From IMG/VR virus record IMGVR_UViG_3300046171_000197: 64,000 nucleotides of DNA; one strand, given 5' to 3'. Below the pieces are notes generated by a model. It did not search any database. It saw only the letters and a program-made list of their open reading frames with translations, and had not been told where the DNA came from. The translations under genes and the position numbers were made by a program. The stretch is from a virus. This document shows, one piece after another, positions 45,267-53,527 of the stretch (positions within the stretch are counted from its first letter, which is position 1; each line of letters starts with the position of its first letter).

Positions 45267-45291
45267 TAGTATATAAATAAATCACCACATC

Positions 45292-46401
45292 ATGACTCAC
45301 GTACCATTCACAATCAAAATGACTACCGAAGAAATCGTTTCAAAATTGAAAGCATCCTTCGGAACAGAATTTACAGCAACTGATATCAAAGCATTCTGTG
45401 CTATGAATGATATTGGATATGCAACAGTAACTAAAAGATTAAAGAACTTTAAAACAGCAAAAGGCAAGTGGAACCTTGAAGTTACAACAGCAGCAGTTGA
45501 AAATATTGAAAACTCTTTCAATTCACCTGCTGTTCTTCCACAAGTAGAACAAAACTTAGTTCCTGAGAAAGACTCTACATTTGTTAAGTTTGGAAACTTC
45601 ACAGATATTAAAAAGATTATATCTTCTAAGTTATTTTATCCTACTTTTGTTACTGGTCTATCAGGTAACGGTAAGACATTTGGTATTGAGCAAGTGTGTT
45701 CTCAATTAGGAAGGGAGTTAATCCGTGTCAACATCACCATCGAAACAGACGAAGACGATCTTATTGGTGGGTTTCGTCTTGTTAATGGTAATACTGTTTG
45801 GCACAACGGACCTGTGGTTGAAGCTTTGGAAAGGGGAGCTATCCTACTTTTAGATGAAATTGACCTAGCATCTAACAAGATACTTTGTCTACAACCAGTT
45901 CTTGAAGGTAAAGGATTATTTCTTAAAAAGATTGGTAGGTTTGTTCAACCAAAAGCAGGTTTCAATATCGTTGCTACAGCAAACACAAAGGGTAAAGGTT
46001 CTGACGATGGACGTTTTATTGGCACTAACGTATTGAATGAAGCATTCTTAGAAAGATTCCCTGTAACCTTTGAGCAAGCATATCCTGCACCTGCACATGA
46101 GATAAAGATACTCAACAACGTTGCAACAACACTTAATGTTAATGATACTGAGTTCTGTAAGAGACTTGTAGATTGGGCAGACATTATTCGTAAGACATTC
46201 TATGATGGTGGTATTGAAGAGATCATCAGTACTCGTAGACTTGTTCACATACTTCGTGCATATGCTATCTTTAAGAGCAAAGAGAATGCAATCAAGGTTT
46301 GTATCAACAGATTTGATGATGAAACCAAGCAATCATTCTTAGAGTTATATGATAAAGTAGATGCAGACTTTGAGATTACAAAAGATGAAACACAGAATTG
46401 A
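45292..46401 (+). CDS. cobS: CobS-like MoxR-family AAA+ ATPase
   Basis: GLSGNGKT, RVNITIETDEDDLIGG, LLLDEID, TANTKGKG..FIGTNVLNEAFLERF, ISTRRL. Confidence 0.92.
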   Translation: MTHVPFTIKMTTEEIVSKLKASFGTEFTATDIKAFCAMNDIGYATVTKRLKNFKTAKGKWNLEVTTAAVENIENSFNSPAVLPQVEQNLVPEKDSTFVKFGNFTDIKKIISSKLFYPTFVTGLSGNGKTFGIEQVCSQLGRELIRVNITIETDEDDLIGGFRLVNGNTVWHNGPVVEALERGAILLLDEIDLASNKILCLQPVLEGKGLFLKKIGRFVQPKAGFNIVATANTKGKGSDDGRFIGTNVLNEAFLERFPVTFEQAYPAPAHEIKILNNVATTLNVNDTEFCKRLVDWADIIRKTFYDGGIEEIISTRRLVHILRAYAIFKSKENAIKVCINRFDDETKQSFLELYDKVDADFEITKDETQN

Positions 46402-46561
46402 TCCCAACACCTATATGCGTTCTAACTGGAACAACCCTGCTCCAGTTAAGTACCGCAGGGGTAATCTAGAAAACCGAATCAGTATGACAGTACTATGGGT
46501 TTATCTAATCATATACACAGCCATGTTTACTCGTGGTCTTATATTATTTTTAAATAGATGA
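46385..46561 (+). CDS. Small membrane protein
   Basis: MKHRIDPN...; C-terminal hydrophobic helix; overlaps both neighbours. Confidence 0.55.
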   Translation: MKHRIDPNTYMRSNWNNPAPVKYRRGNLENRISMTVLWVYLIIYTAMFTRGLILFLNR

Positions 46562-47181
46562 AACAATTATGGGATAATTATAGAAGCACTTTATTTTCTA
46601 TATTCCCTGATCTTGAATATAGAGAAACTTGGGCAAGGTGGGAATCTAAAGGAACTTCCCTCATTGCCAAGACCTACTCAACTGATTATTTTATCAAAGC
46701 AAGAGAGGTTGATATATGGAGTGATAAATCTTCCATTTACAACAATATCATCTATCCAAAGACAGGGAGTAATCTTCCTTGTTTTGGTATGGACTTGATG
46801 GGATTCTTTGAAAAGAAAATAATTATTGTTTTTGATTTTCAACATCCAAAAGAAAAATATCCTTTCTCAGTTGAGGGTTTACCAAAGAGTGAAGGAGACT
46901 ATCGTTTCTTTGAACCTGGTAATCATTTCTCTGATAATATCTACATTGCAAAATGCACTGCTGATGAAGTTGATGAACACCTAGAAATGTTTACAACCTA
47001 CTTGACAAAGTATAAGGAGATGGTAGAATTAAAGAAACCTACTGGAATCGAAACCAGTGAATACAAAGATTTTGATGCATATATGACTAAACTTGACCCA
47101 GTAGCAGGTTATCTGTCTGGTAAGTTTGGAAAAGAAAAAGCAGAGAGTCTGGTAAACGATTTTCTTTTTACCTATGGATAA
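46558..47181 (+). CDS. pebS: Phycoerythrobilin synthase (ferredoxin-dependent bilin reductase)
   Basis: IIYPKTGSNLPCFGMDLM, IVFDFQHP, YRFFEPGNHFS, DFDAYMTKLDPV, ends NDFLFTY; matches recalled phage PebS. Confidence 0.93.
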   Translation: MKQLWDNYRSTLFSIFPDLEYRETWARWESKGTSLIAKTYSTDYFIKAREVDIWSDKSSIYNNIIYPKTGSNLPCFGMDLMGFFEKKIIIVFDFQHPKEKYPFSVEGLPKSEGDYRFFEPGNHFSDNIYIAKCTADEVDEHLEMFTTYLTKYKEMVELKKPTGIETSEYKDFDAYMTKLDPVAGYLSGKFGKEKAESLVNDFLFTYG

Positions 47182-47770
47182 ACCCGAAATAGAGCATTCA
47201 AAATATTGGTATGATTACACTCGTAATGATCCTGATAGAGAAAATCCATTTACTGATGCCTTTGACCATATGATGGGAGAAATGGTAGTAGGTGGTGGTA
47301 ACACTGCCTTTGAAGATGATGGACTCGATTATGAAGTCGATTATATGAGTTCTTCTGCTGATTACATGGCAGATGTAGATGATCAGTATTCACATTATTT
47401 CACAGAATATCAAATAGCAGACAGAATGGATTACAAACCACAACATGCACATTACTATAAGTATCATGAAGAAGAAATTCTAAAAGATATTGAAGAATAT
47501 GTCTCTGGAACATATCAAGGACATTACACAGGTAACTCACATGAGTTCCGTAAAGTTCAGACGATTGACTTGATGGCATCTAAAGATTTAGCATCAGGTT
47601 TTTGTCAAGCAAACATACTTAAGTATGGAAGTCGATATGGAAATAAAGATGGTCGTAATAAAAAAGACTTGCTAAAAGTCATACATTATGCTATGCTATT
47701 ATTACACTTTGATGAGCACTACAGTAAACCCCCTATGACAACAGGGAATATTGACATTAACATGCCTTAA
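47174..47770 (+). CDS. DUF3310-like protein (putative nucleotide kinase) with acidic N-terminal extension
   Basis: Y..HY..QTIDL..FCQANILKYGSRYG.KDG..KKDLLKVIHYA. Confidence 0.7.
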   Translation: MDKPEIEHSKYWYDYTRNDPDRENPFTDAFDHMMGEMVVGGGNTAFEDDGLDYEVDYMSSSADYMADVDDQYSHYFTEYQIADRMDYKPQHAHYYKYHEEEILKDIEEYVSGTYQGHYTGNSHEFRKVQTIDLMASKDLASGFCQANILKYGSRYGNKDGRNKKDLLKVIHYAMLLLHFDEHYSKPPMTTGNIDINMP

Positions 47771-47775
47771 ACATA

Positions 47776-48462
47776 ATGAATTTAAAAGAAAGAACTATGA
47801 AATTATCTGACAACACTTTGAATGTACTCAAAAATTTTGCGGGTATCAACAATTCAATCCTTGTCAAAGAAGGTAATAAATTAAGAACAATATCTGTTGC
47901 CAAGAATATTCTTGCAGAAGCAAATATTACAGAAGAGTTTCCTCGTGATGTAGCAATCTATGATCTTAATCAATTTCTAAATGGACTTGGGTTGCATTCA
48001 GATCCTGATTTAGATTTTAGTCCTGAGTCATACATTGCAATTAAAGAAGGAACAAGAAGAGTTAAATATTTTTATGCAGATCCACAAGTAATTACTGCTC
48101 CTCCTGAGAAAGAAATTAATCTTCCTACAGAAGATGTTTGTTTCCAATTAGAAAGCACATCATTAGATAAGTTACTTAAAGCAGCAGCAGTATATCAATT
48201 ACCAGATTTATCTGCTATTGGTGAAGCAGGTGTTGTTAAACTTGTTGTTCGTGATAAGAGAAATGATACATCAAATGAATATGCAGTTGTAGTTGGTGAA
48301 ACTGATAAAGAGTTTGTATTCAATTTTAGAGTAGAGAATATTAAGATTATACCTGGCGCATATGACGTTGTAGTATCAAGTAAATTACTTTCTAAGTTTT
48401 CCAATACTCGTTATGATCTAAAATACTACATAGCATTAGAACCTGATTCAACATTCGGTTAA
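47776..48462 (+). CDS. gp45: Sliding clamp gp45 (start may be 47797)
   Basis: MKLSDNTLNVLKNFAGINNSI, AIYDLNQFL, ENIKIIPGAYDV, YYIALEPDS. Confidence 0.95.
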   Translation: MNLKERTMKLSDNTLNVLKNFAGINNSILVKEGNKLRTISVAKNILAEANITEEFPRDVAIYDLNQFLNGLGLHSDPDLDFSPESYIAIKEGTRRVKYFYADPQVITAPPEKEINLPTEDVCFQLESTSLDKLLKAAAVYQLPDLSAIGEAGVVKLVVRDKRNDTSNEYAVVVGETDKEFVFNFRVENIKIIPGAYDVVVSSKLLSKFSNTRYDLKYYIALEPDSTFG

Positions 48463-48659
48463 TGCAAAAGGAAGTATTTTTTACTGCAGAAGAGATGCAA
48501 ATCATTAGGGTTTGTTTAAGAAATGCACCTACTCCTTATGATGTGGGGAAAGGTGCAAAAGCATTAAAGATACTTCAAGAAAAGGTAGGTAAACCAATAC
48601 CTTCAAAGGGAGAACCTTTACCTTTAGTTGAATGTGATTTAACCAAGTACGATAAATGA
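48462..48659 (+). CDS. Hypothetical protein (65 aa)
   Basis: ORF coupled to the gp45 stop. Confidence 0.6.
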   Translation: MQKEVFFTAEEMQIIRVCLRNAPTPYDVGKGAKALKILQEKVGKPIPSKGEPLPLVECDLTKYDK

Positions 48660-48739
48660 ATAACATAGGATTAGAAGTTGTCTTTTGGACAGCATTATCA
48701 ATTTATCTTTTAGCAAAGTTGGGAGTATTCAAAAAGTGA
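48656..48739 (+). CDS. Small membrane peptide (27 aa)
   Basis: MNNIGLEVVFWTALSIYLLAKLGVFKK; ATGA and GTGA overlaps on both sides. Confidence 0.55.
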   Translation: MNNIGLEVVFWTALSIYLLAKLGVFKK

Positions 48740-48909
48740 AGTATCACTTATATGACGATCAAGAAAGACATCAAGGAACTTTTGAATCAATAGAAAAGTT
48801 AAGAAACTTTTTATGTGATCGAAAGTATGATACTAATTGTGATAAGGATATAGGTAGCACATTTGATTATATAAAACATATAAAATGGTTTTTTGAAATA
48901 GAAGAATGA
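48736..48909 (+). CDS. Hypothetical protein (57 aa)
   Basis: GTG start giving MKYHLYDDQERHQGTFESIEKLRNFLCDRKY; in frame with ORF 48685. Confidence 0.6.
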   Translation: MKYHLYDDQERHQGTFESIEKLRNFLCDRKYDTNCDKDIGSTFDYIKHIKWFFEIEE

Positions 48910-49190
48910 AACTCACACAAGAACTTATTGACCAGATACAAGAAGCTATGCTTCATACTAACTTGAAAGGTGAAATAAACTGGAAAGATGGTGATGACAT
49001 AGAGGTGCAGATTGCAGGAACTTTTGCAAAGGACAAATTTATTGTATTGGCAAATACATCCAAGAAACCTTTTGAAAATGCACAACCTCATCCTTACTTT
49101 GATTATGAGAAGAAGGTCTTTACTAAAGATGGTAGAGAAGAATATGCAAAAGAACAAAAAGAAATTATAAAGAATATTGATAAAAAATAA
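48906..49190 (+). CDS. Hypothetical protein (94 aa)
   Basis: MKLTQELIDQIQEAM..INWKDGDDIEV; ATGA overlap with the previous stop. Confidence 0.65.
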   Translation: MKLTQELIDQIQEAMLHTNLKGEINWKDGDDIEVQIAGTFAKDKFIVLANTSKKPFENAQPHPYFDYEKKVFTKDGREEYAKEQKEIIKNIDKK

Positions 49191-49204
49191 AATTGTGTTA
49201 TAAT
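49177..49204 (+). promoter_or_regulatory. Sigma70-like promoter
   Basis: TTGATA-16 nt-TATAAT with extended -10 TG, upstream of ORF 49225. Confidence 0.5.
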
Positions 49205-49224
49205 AAAAGTAAGATATTTTTATT

Positions 49225-49761
49225 ATGAACATTTTTGTGACAGATCCTGACCCTGTTAAGTCGGCAGAAGTTTTGCCTGATAAACATGTGGTCAAGATGC
49301 CATTAGAAACTTGTCAAATGTTGGCGGTAGTTTATTCTAAGTGGTATTACAACTGGGGTAATGACTTATTACCTAAGAAAGATGGAACTCCATACAACAC
49401 AGAGAAGGGTGCCTTTCGGGGACACCCTTGTACTATTTGGGCGGCAGAAAGTATTGCCAATACTGCTTGGTTAATTCAACATGGTTTTGGATTACTTGAA
49501 GAGTATACCCATAGATATGGAAAGATACATTCTTGTCAGACTGCTATGAATGCAGCAGAGAAAGTGTTTGAAGAAAAGACAGGAAGAACATTACTATGCC
49601 ACAAAGAAGCAACACCATTCGCATTTGCAGGACCAGATGTATTTAAATATGACACAAGCCTTGACACTATTACTGCTTACAAAAATTACATTAGCAGCAA
49701 ACCTTGGGCTGCATCTAATTATCTTCGTGACCCATCCAAAAAACCAAATTGGTTATCCTAA
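49225..49761 (+). CDS. Pyrimidine-dimer DNA glycosylase (DenV)-related protein
   Basis: MNIF..D.DP..SA..LPDKHVVKMPLE..QML, HPCTIW, EYTHRYGKIH. Confidence 0.7.
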   Translation: MNIFVTDPDPVKSAEVLPDKHVVKMPLETCQMLAVVYSKWYYNWGNDLLPKKDGTPYNTEKGAFRGHPCTIWAAESIANTAWLIQHGFGLLEEYTHRYGKIHSCQTAMNAAEKVFEEKTGRTLLCHKEATPFAFAGPDVFKYDTSLDTITAYKNYISSKPWAASNYLRDPSKKPNWLS

Positions 49762-49764
49762 ATT

Positions 49765-49932
49765 ATGAACACACCAGCAGATCGCATCGCAGATGCACTT
49801 GAAAGAATTGCAACCATTTTAGAAACTGGAGCACACATTAATATTGATCATGGTCATATTGAACACATTGACCATGTTGATCATGCTACCATAGACAATG
49901 GTGATATAAACACTCATCCAAAAAGTTATTAG
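49765..49932 (+). CDS. Small His-rich protein (55 aa)
   Basis: MNTPADRIADALERIATILETGAHINIDHGHIEHIDHVDHATIDNGDINTHPKSY; fills the gap exactly and its stop overlaps the speD start; not in the ORF track. Confidence 0.65.
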   Translation: MNTPADRIADALERIATILETGAHINIDHGHIEHIDHVDHATIDNGDINTHPKSY

Positions 49933-50261
49933 TGAAGCATATTCTATTTAAATTAGAAGGTTGTCCATTCTCTACTTTGAATGATGAAGAGCATATAAAA
50001 TTCTGTTTGTTTCATGCAGCAGAAGCATCACATTCAAAAGTTCTTAAGATAGAAACTCAAAAGTTTTTACCACAGGGTGTGACTGGATTTGCCTTACTAG
50101 CAGAGAGTCATTTAAGTATTCATACATGGCCAGAAAAAGGTGTTGCAATGTGTGACATTTTTACTTGTGGTGAACAATGTCAACCAGAAAGTGCAGTAGA
50201 ATATTTAAGTAAATGGTTATCATCTACAAACACTAAATCTAAATGTTATGAAAGAATTTGA
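49932..50261 (+). CDS. speD: S-adenosylmethionine decarboxylase proenzyme
   Basis: F.PQGVTG..LLAE|SHLSIHTWPE..CDIFTCG (pyruvoyl self-cleavage motif). Confidence 0.95.
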   Translation: MKHILFKLEGCPFSTLNDEEHIKFCLFHAAEASHSKVLKIETQKFLPQGVTGFALLAESHLSIHTWPEKGVAMCDIFTCGEQCQPESAVEYLSKWLSSTNTKSKCYERI

Positions 50262-50709
50262 TTATGAACTCGATTACAAAAACATTGACTTTAAAGATGA
50301 GAGAAATCGCAAACTTTATCGTATTGGAAGGGGAGAGCAAGGAGTTCTATTGGTTCGCCCTTATACTAACACTATTTGTGATCATTGGAGATTCAAAACT
50401 CCTGATGAAGCAGTAAAATCTTCTAATAAAATATTTGCAATGTATCTTGATTATCGTGATGAAAAAGATTTTATCGGTATGGATATGTGTCGTAAGTTCT
50501 TAGAGATGGGATTTACAAGAGCAAGAAGATATGCAAATCACAACTCAGGTAAAAAGTATGATAATGAGGGTAATATAAAACCTCAAGAACCAGATCATGC
50601 TACAAGTAAATATGCAAAGTCAGCAACTATATTCAAAGGAGTTCGTGACATAGTTGCAAAAAACGAAACATATGTTAAAATGAGAAAACAATGGAGATCA
50701 GAGGAATGA
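50248..50709 (+). CDS. DUF4385-family protein
   Basis: YRIGRGEQGVLLVRPY..HWRFKTP, DFIGMDMCRKFLEMGFTRARRYANH. Confidence 0.8.
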   Translation: MKEFDYELDYKNIDFKDERNRKLYRIGRGEQGVLLVRPYTNTICDHWRFKTPDEAVKSSNKIFAMYLDYRDEKDFIGMDMCRKFLEMGFTRARRYANHNSGKKYDNEGNIKPQEPDHATSKYAKSATIFKGVRDIVAKNETYVKMRKQWRSEE

Positions 50710-50936
50710 TTTTTTTAGCGTGTCCACCAGTGTATACATTACCTGGTACTTGGAATGATCCAGACAAAATTGCTAAGTGTACTGAAACACTAATACCACA
50801 TTTTACATTCAATCCTGATTATACTTTTGGTATTTCAATTGCAGTAATTACTATTCTATTAGCAGGGTATGGAGTCTATAGAGGATTCTTTGCTAATACT
50901 AATTTAACTGATCCTTGGGATGATCATGATGACTAA
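50706..50936 (+). CDS. psbN: PsbN-like photosystem II assembly factor with N-terminal extension
   Basis: TM helix ISIAVITILLAGYGVY..F then L.DPWDDHDD, matching PsbN GY.LY.AF...L.DPFEEH.D. Confidence 0.75.
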   Translation: MIFLACPPVYTLPGTWNDPDKIAKCTETLIPHFTFNPDYTFGISIAVITILLAGYGVYRGFFANTNLTDPWDDHDD

Positions 50937-51156
50937 ATTAATTGCAAAGAACGATCCACAATTCTTTGAACAGACAAGTAATAAACCTTATGATCGTCAC
51001 CACTATAAGATAGTTTGCAATACTAAATCTTTTGTGGTAGAATCATGGCAGGAAGTTCAAGAATATTGGTGGAACAATTGTCGTTCACCATTGATTCAAG
51101 GAACTGTTATTGAGATAATTGACAAACCCAAACCTAAATCCAAAGGATTTAATTAA
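50929..51156 (+). CDS. Hypothetical protein
   Basis: DPQFFEQTS.KPYDRHHY..SWQEVQEYWWN..SKGF; coupled to the gp44 start. Confidence 0.65.
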   Translation: MTKLIAKNDPQFFEQTSNKPYDRHHYKIVCNTKSFVVESWQEVQEYWWNNCRSPLIQGTVIEIIDKPKPKSKGFN

Positions 51157-52097
51157 TGAGTGATTTTATATGGGTTGAAAAATACAGACCCACTACAATT
51201 GATGAATGTATCTTACCAAAAGGTATTAAAAAAACCTTTCAAGATTTTGTTGAAAGAGGTGAGATCCCAAATATGTTATTGTCAGGTCCTCCAGGCATTG
51301 GTAAGACCACAGTAGCAAAAGCATTATGCTATCAACTAGGAGCAGATTATTATGTCATTAATGGATCGGATGAAGGACGTTTTCTTGACACGGTTCGGAA
51401 CAGTGCAAAGAACTTCGCATCTACAGTCTCTCTTACGAGTGACTCGAAACATAAAGTCATCATCATTGATGAAGCAGACAATACCACTTCCGACGTACAA
51501 CTCCTCCTTAGAGCGTCTATTGAGGAGTTCTCCAGAAACTGCAGGTTTATCTTTACCTGTAATTACAAAAACAAAATTATCGACCCTTTACATAGTAGGT
51601 GTTCTGTTGTTGATTTCTCAGTTAATAAAAAAGACAAACCAACAATAGCATCACAATTCTTCGCAAGATTAAATTCTATCCTAGAAGAAGAAAAAGTAGA
51701 GGCAGATAAGAAAGTTCTTGCAGAACTTATTAACAAACATTTTCCAGATTGGAGAAGAGTTCTTAATGAGTGTCAAAGATATGCAGTTAGTGGTAAAATA
51801 GATAGTGGCATACTTGCTGCATTCTCAGACGTTGCTGTAAATGATCTCATTAAAAATCTCAAACAAAAAAACTTCTCCGAGGTTCGGAAGTGGGTTGTTA
51901 CCAACATGGATAACGACACTTCTGTTTTATTGCGTCGTATTTACGATAGCTTATATGATTCCTTGGAGCATAGCAGCATACCTGCTGCTGTCCTTATTAT
52001 CGCAAAATATCAATACCAGATTGCGTTCGTCGCAGATCAAGAGATTAATCTTTTGGCGGCGTTAACAGAAATTATGGTGGAGTGTGAATTCAAATGA
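51156..52097 (+). CDS. gp44: Clamp loader large subunit gp44
   Basis: WVEKYRP, GPPGIGKTT, IIIDEAD, PLHSRC, FPDWRR. Confidence 0.96.
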   Translation: MSDFIWVEKYRPTTIDECILPKGIKKTFQDFVERGEIPNMLLSGPPGIGKTTVAKALCYQLGADYYVINGSDEGRFLDTVRNSAKNFASTVSLTSDSKHKVIIIDEADNTTSDVQLLLRASIEEFSRNCRFIFTCNYKNKIIDPLHSRCSVVDFSVNKKDKPTIASQFFARLNSILEEEKVEADKKVLAELINKHFPDWRRVLNECQRYAVSGKIDSGILAAFSDVAVNDLIKNLKQKNFSEVRKWVVTNMDNDTSVLLRRIYDSLYDSLEHSSIPAAVLIIAKYQYQIAFVADQEINLLAALTEIMVECEFK

Positions 52098-52378
52098 CTG
52101 TAAAATTAATTCGTATGTGGTCTGGTGAAGATGTAATCGCCGACATAGTTAAAGAAACTGCTGATGTATTGGTGATCACTGATCCAATCGTTGCTGTTCC
52201 TTCAAATCAACAAGGGCAAATTGCATTTGCACCTTGGTCTCCTTTAGTTAAAAAGGATAAACTTGAAATTGTAATGTCTTACATTGTATACATTGCAGAT
52301 CCTCAAGATGAAATTATTGAACAATATAATACAATGTTTAGTAAGATATCAAAACCTACTAAAAAATTAATTATTTAA
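52094..52378 (+). CDS. Conserved hypothetical protein, Sm-fold-like paralogue 2
   Basis: VKLIRMWSGEDVIA..DP..FAPW..IVYIADP..IIEQY..KLII. Confidence 0.7.
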   Translation: MTVKLIRMWSGEDVIADIVKETADVLVITDPIVAVPSNQQGQIAFAPWSPLVKKDKLEIVMSYIVYIADPQDEIIEQYNTMFSKISKPTKKLII

Positions 52379-52380
52379 TT

Positions 52381-52653
52381 ATGACTAAATCTTTTACAAA
52401 ACTAAAACATCAAGTGAAATCAAGTCGATACTACATCTTTTGGGGTGCTGCTACTATCGCAGTTATGGCAGGTCAAATTTATGTTGGTAACGGATATCGT
52501 GGTATGTCACAATCAATAAAAGATCTTACTGAAACGATTACAATCAAAATGGAATGGGATGAATTAAGAAGAGGTCGAGGTACAGGTTCCTATATTCCAA
52601 TGGTTGATCCTGATGATTATCTTATTTGGAAAACAATAGATAATGTCAATTAA
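52381..52653 (+). CDS. Hypothetical membrane-anchored protein
   Basis: 90 aa with a single TM segment (YYIFWGAATIAVMAGQIYV). Confidence 0.65.
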   Translation: MTKSFTKLKHQVKSSRYYIFWGAATIAVMAGQIYVGNGYRGMSQSIKDLTETITIKMEWDELRRGRGTGSYIPMVDPDDYLIWKTIDNVN

Positions 52654-53527
52654 ATCTCTTAAGACACCATTAAGATATCCTGGCGGAAAATCAAAAGCAA
52701 TCAAAACATTATCAAAATGGTACCCTAAAAATATATCAGAGTATCGTGAACCTTTTATAGGTGGTGGTTCAATTGCGATTGATATGACTAAATCTAATCC
52801 AGATATACCAATTTGGATTAATGATCTTTATGTACCTTTATATAATTTTTGGGTACAATTAAGAGATCGTGGTGATGAATTATCTGAGAGAGTTCGTGAA
52901 GAAAAACAAAATACCTTAGACGAAGGTAATAAAGATAAAATAACTGCGAGTGCAAAAGAATTGTTCAATAAGTACAAAGAAGAAATTGATACTTATGATG
53001 ACTTTGAAAAGGCAGTTGCATTCTTCATAATGAACAAATGTAGTTTTTCTGGTCTCACAGAGAATAGTACATTTTCACAAACAGCATCTAATTCTAATTT
53101 TTCATTAGTTGGTGCTGATAAGTTAAAAGAGTTTTCAAAGTTAATTCAACATTGGAAGATTACAAATATTGATTACTCAGAAGTTATGAGTGCAGATGGT
53201 TCTGATGATACATTTGTATTCCTTGATCCTCCATATGATATTAAAGATTTTTTATATGGTAAAAACAAAGAGATGCACAAATCATTTGATCATAATTTAT
53301 TTGCAGAGAATGTTTATAAATGCAAACATAATTTTATGATTACCTATAATGTAAATCATCGTTTGATGCAGATGTATGCAGAATATGAATTAAATTTTTG
53401 GAATCTTAGATATTCAATGGCACACAGAGGAGAAAAGGGAACTGAGGATAATGTCAAACAAGAATTATTAATAACTAACTATAACATAAATCCAGTAACA
53501 CCAATAGAAGAATTACTAACTACATGA
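52643..53527 (+). CDS. dam: DNA adenine methyltransferase (Dam/D12 class)
   Basis: PLRYPGGKS, YREPFIGGGS, FVFLDPPY, ELLITNY. Confidence 0.92.
   Translation: MSIKSLKTPLRYPGGKSKAIKTLSKWYPKNISEYREPFIGGGSIAIDMTKSNPDIPIWINDLYVPLYNFWVQLRDRGDELSERVREEKQNTLDEGNKDKITASAKELFNKYKEEIDTYDDFEKAVAFFIMNKCSFSGLTENSTFSQTASNSNFSLVGADKLKEFSKLIQHWKITNIDYSEVMSADGSDDTFVFLDPPYDIKDFLYGKNKEMHKSFDHNLFAENVYKCKHNFMITYNVNHRLMQMYAEYELNFWNLRYSMAHRGEKGTEDNVKQELLITNYNINPVTPIEELLTT

Noticed and set aside
45292-46401. cobS as evidence of cobalamin biosynthesis
   Set aside because: No cobN or other cob genes in the window; the partner is a peptidase-VWA protein.
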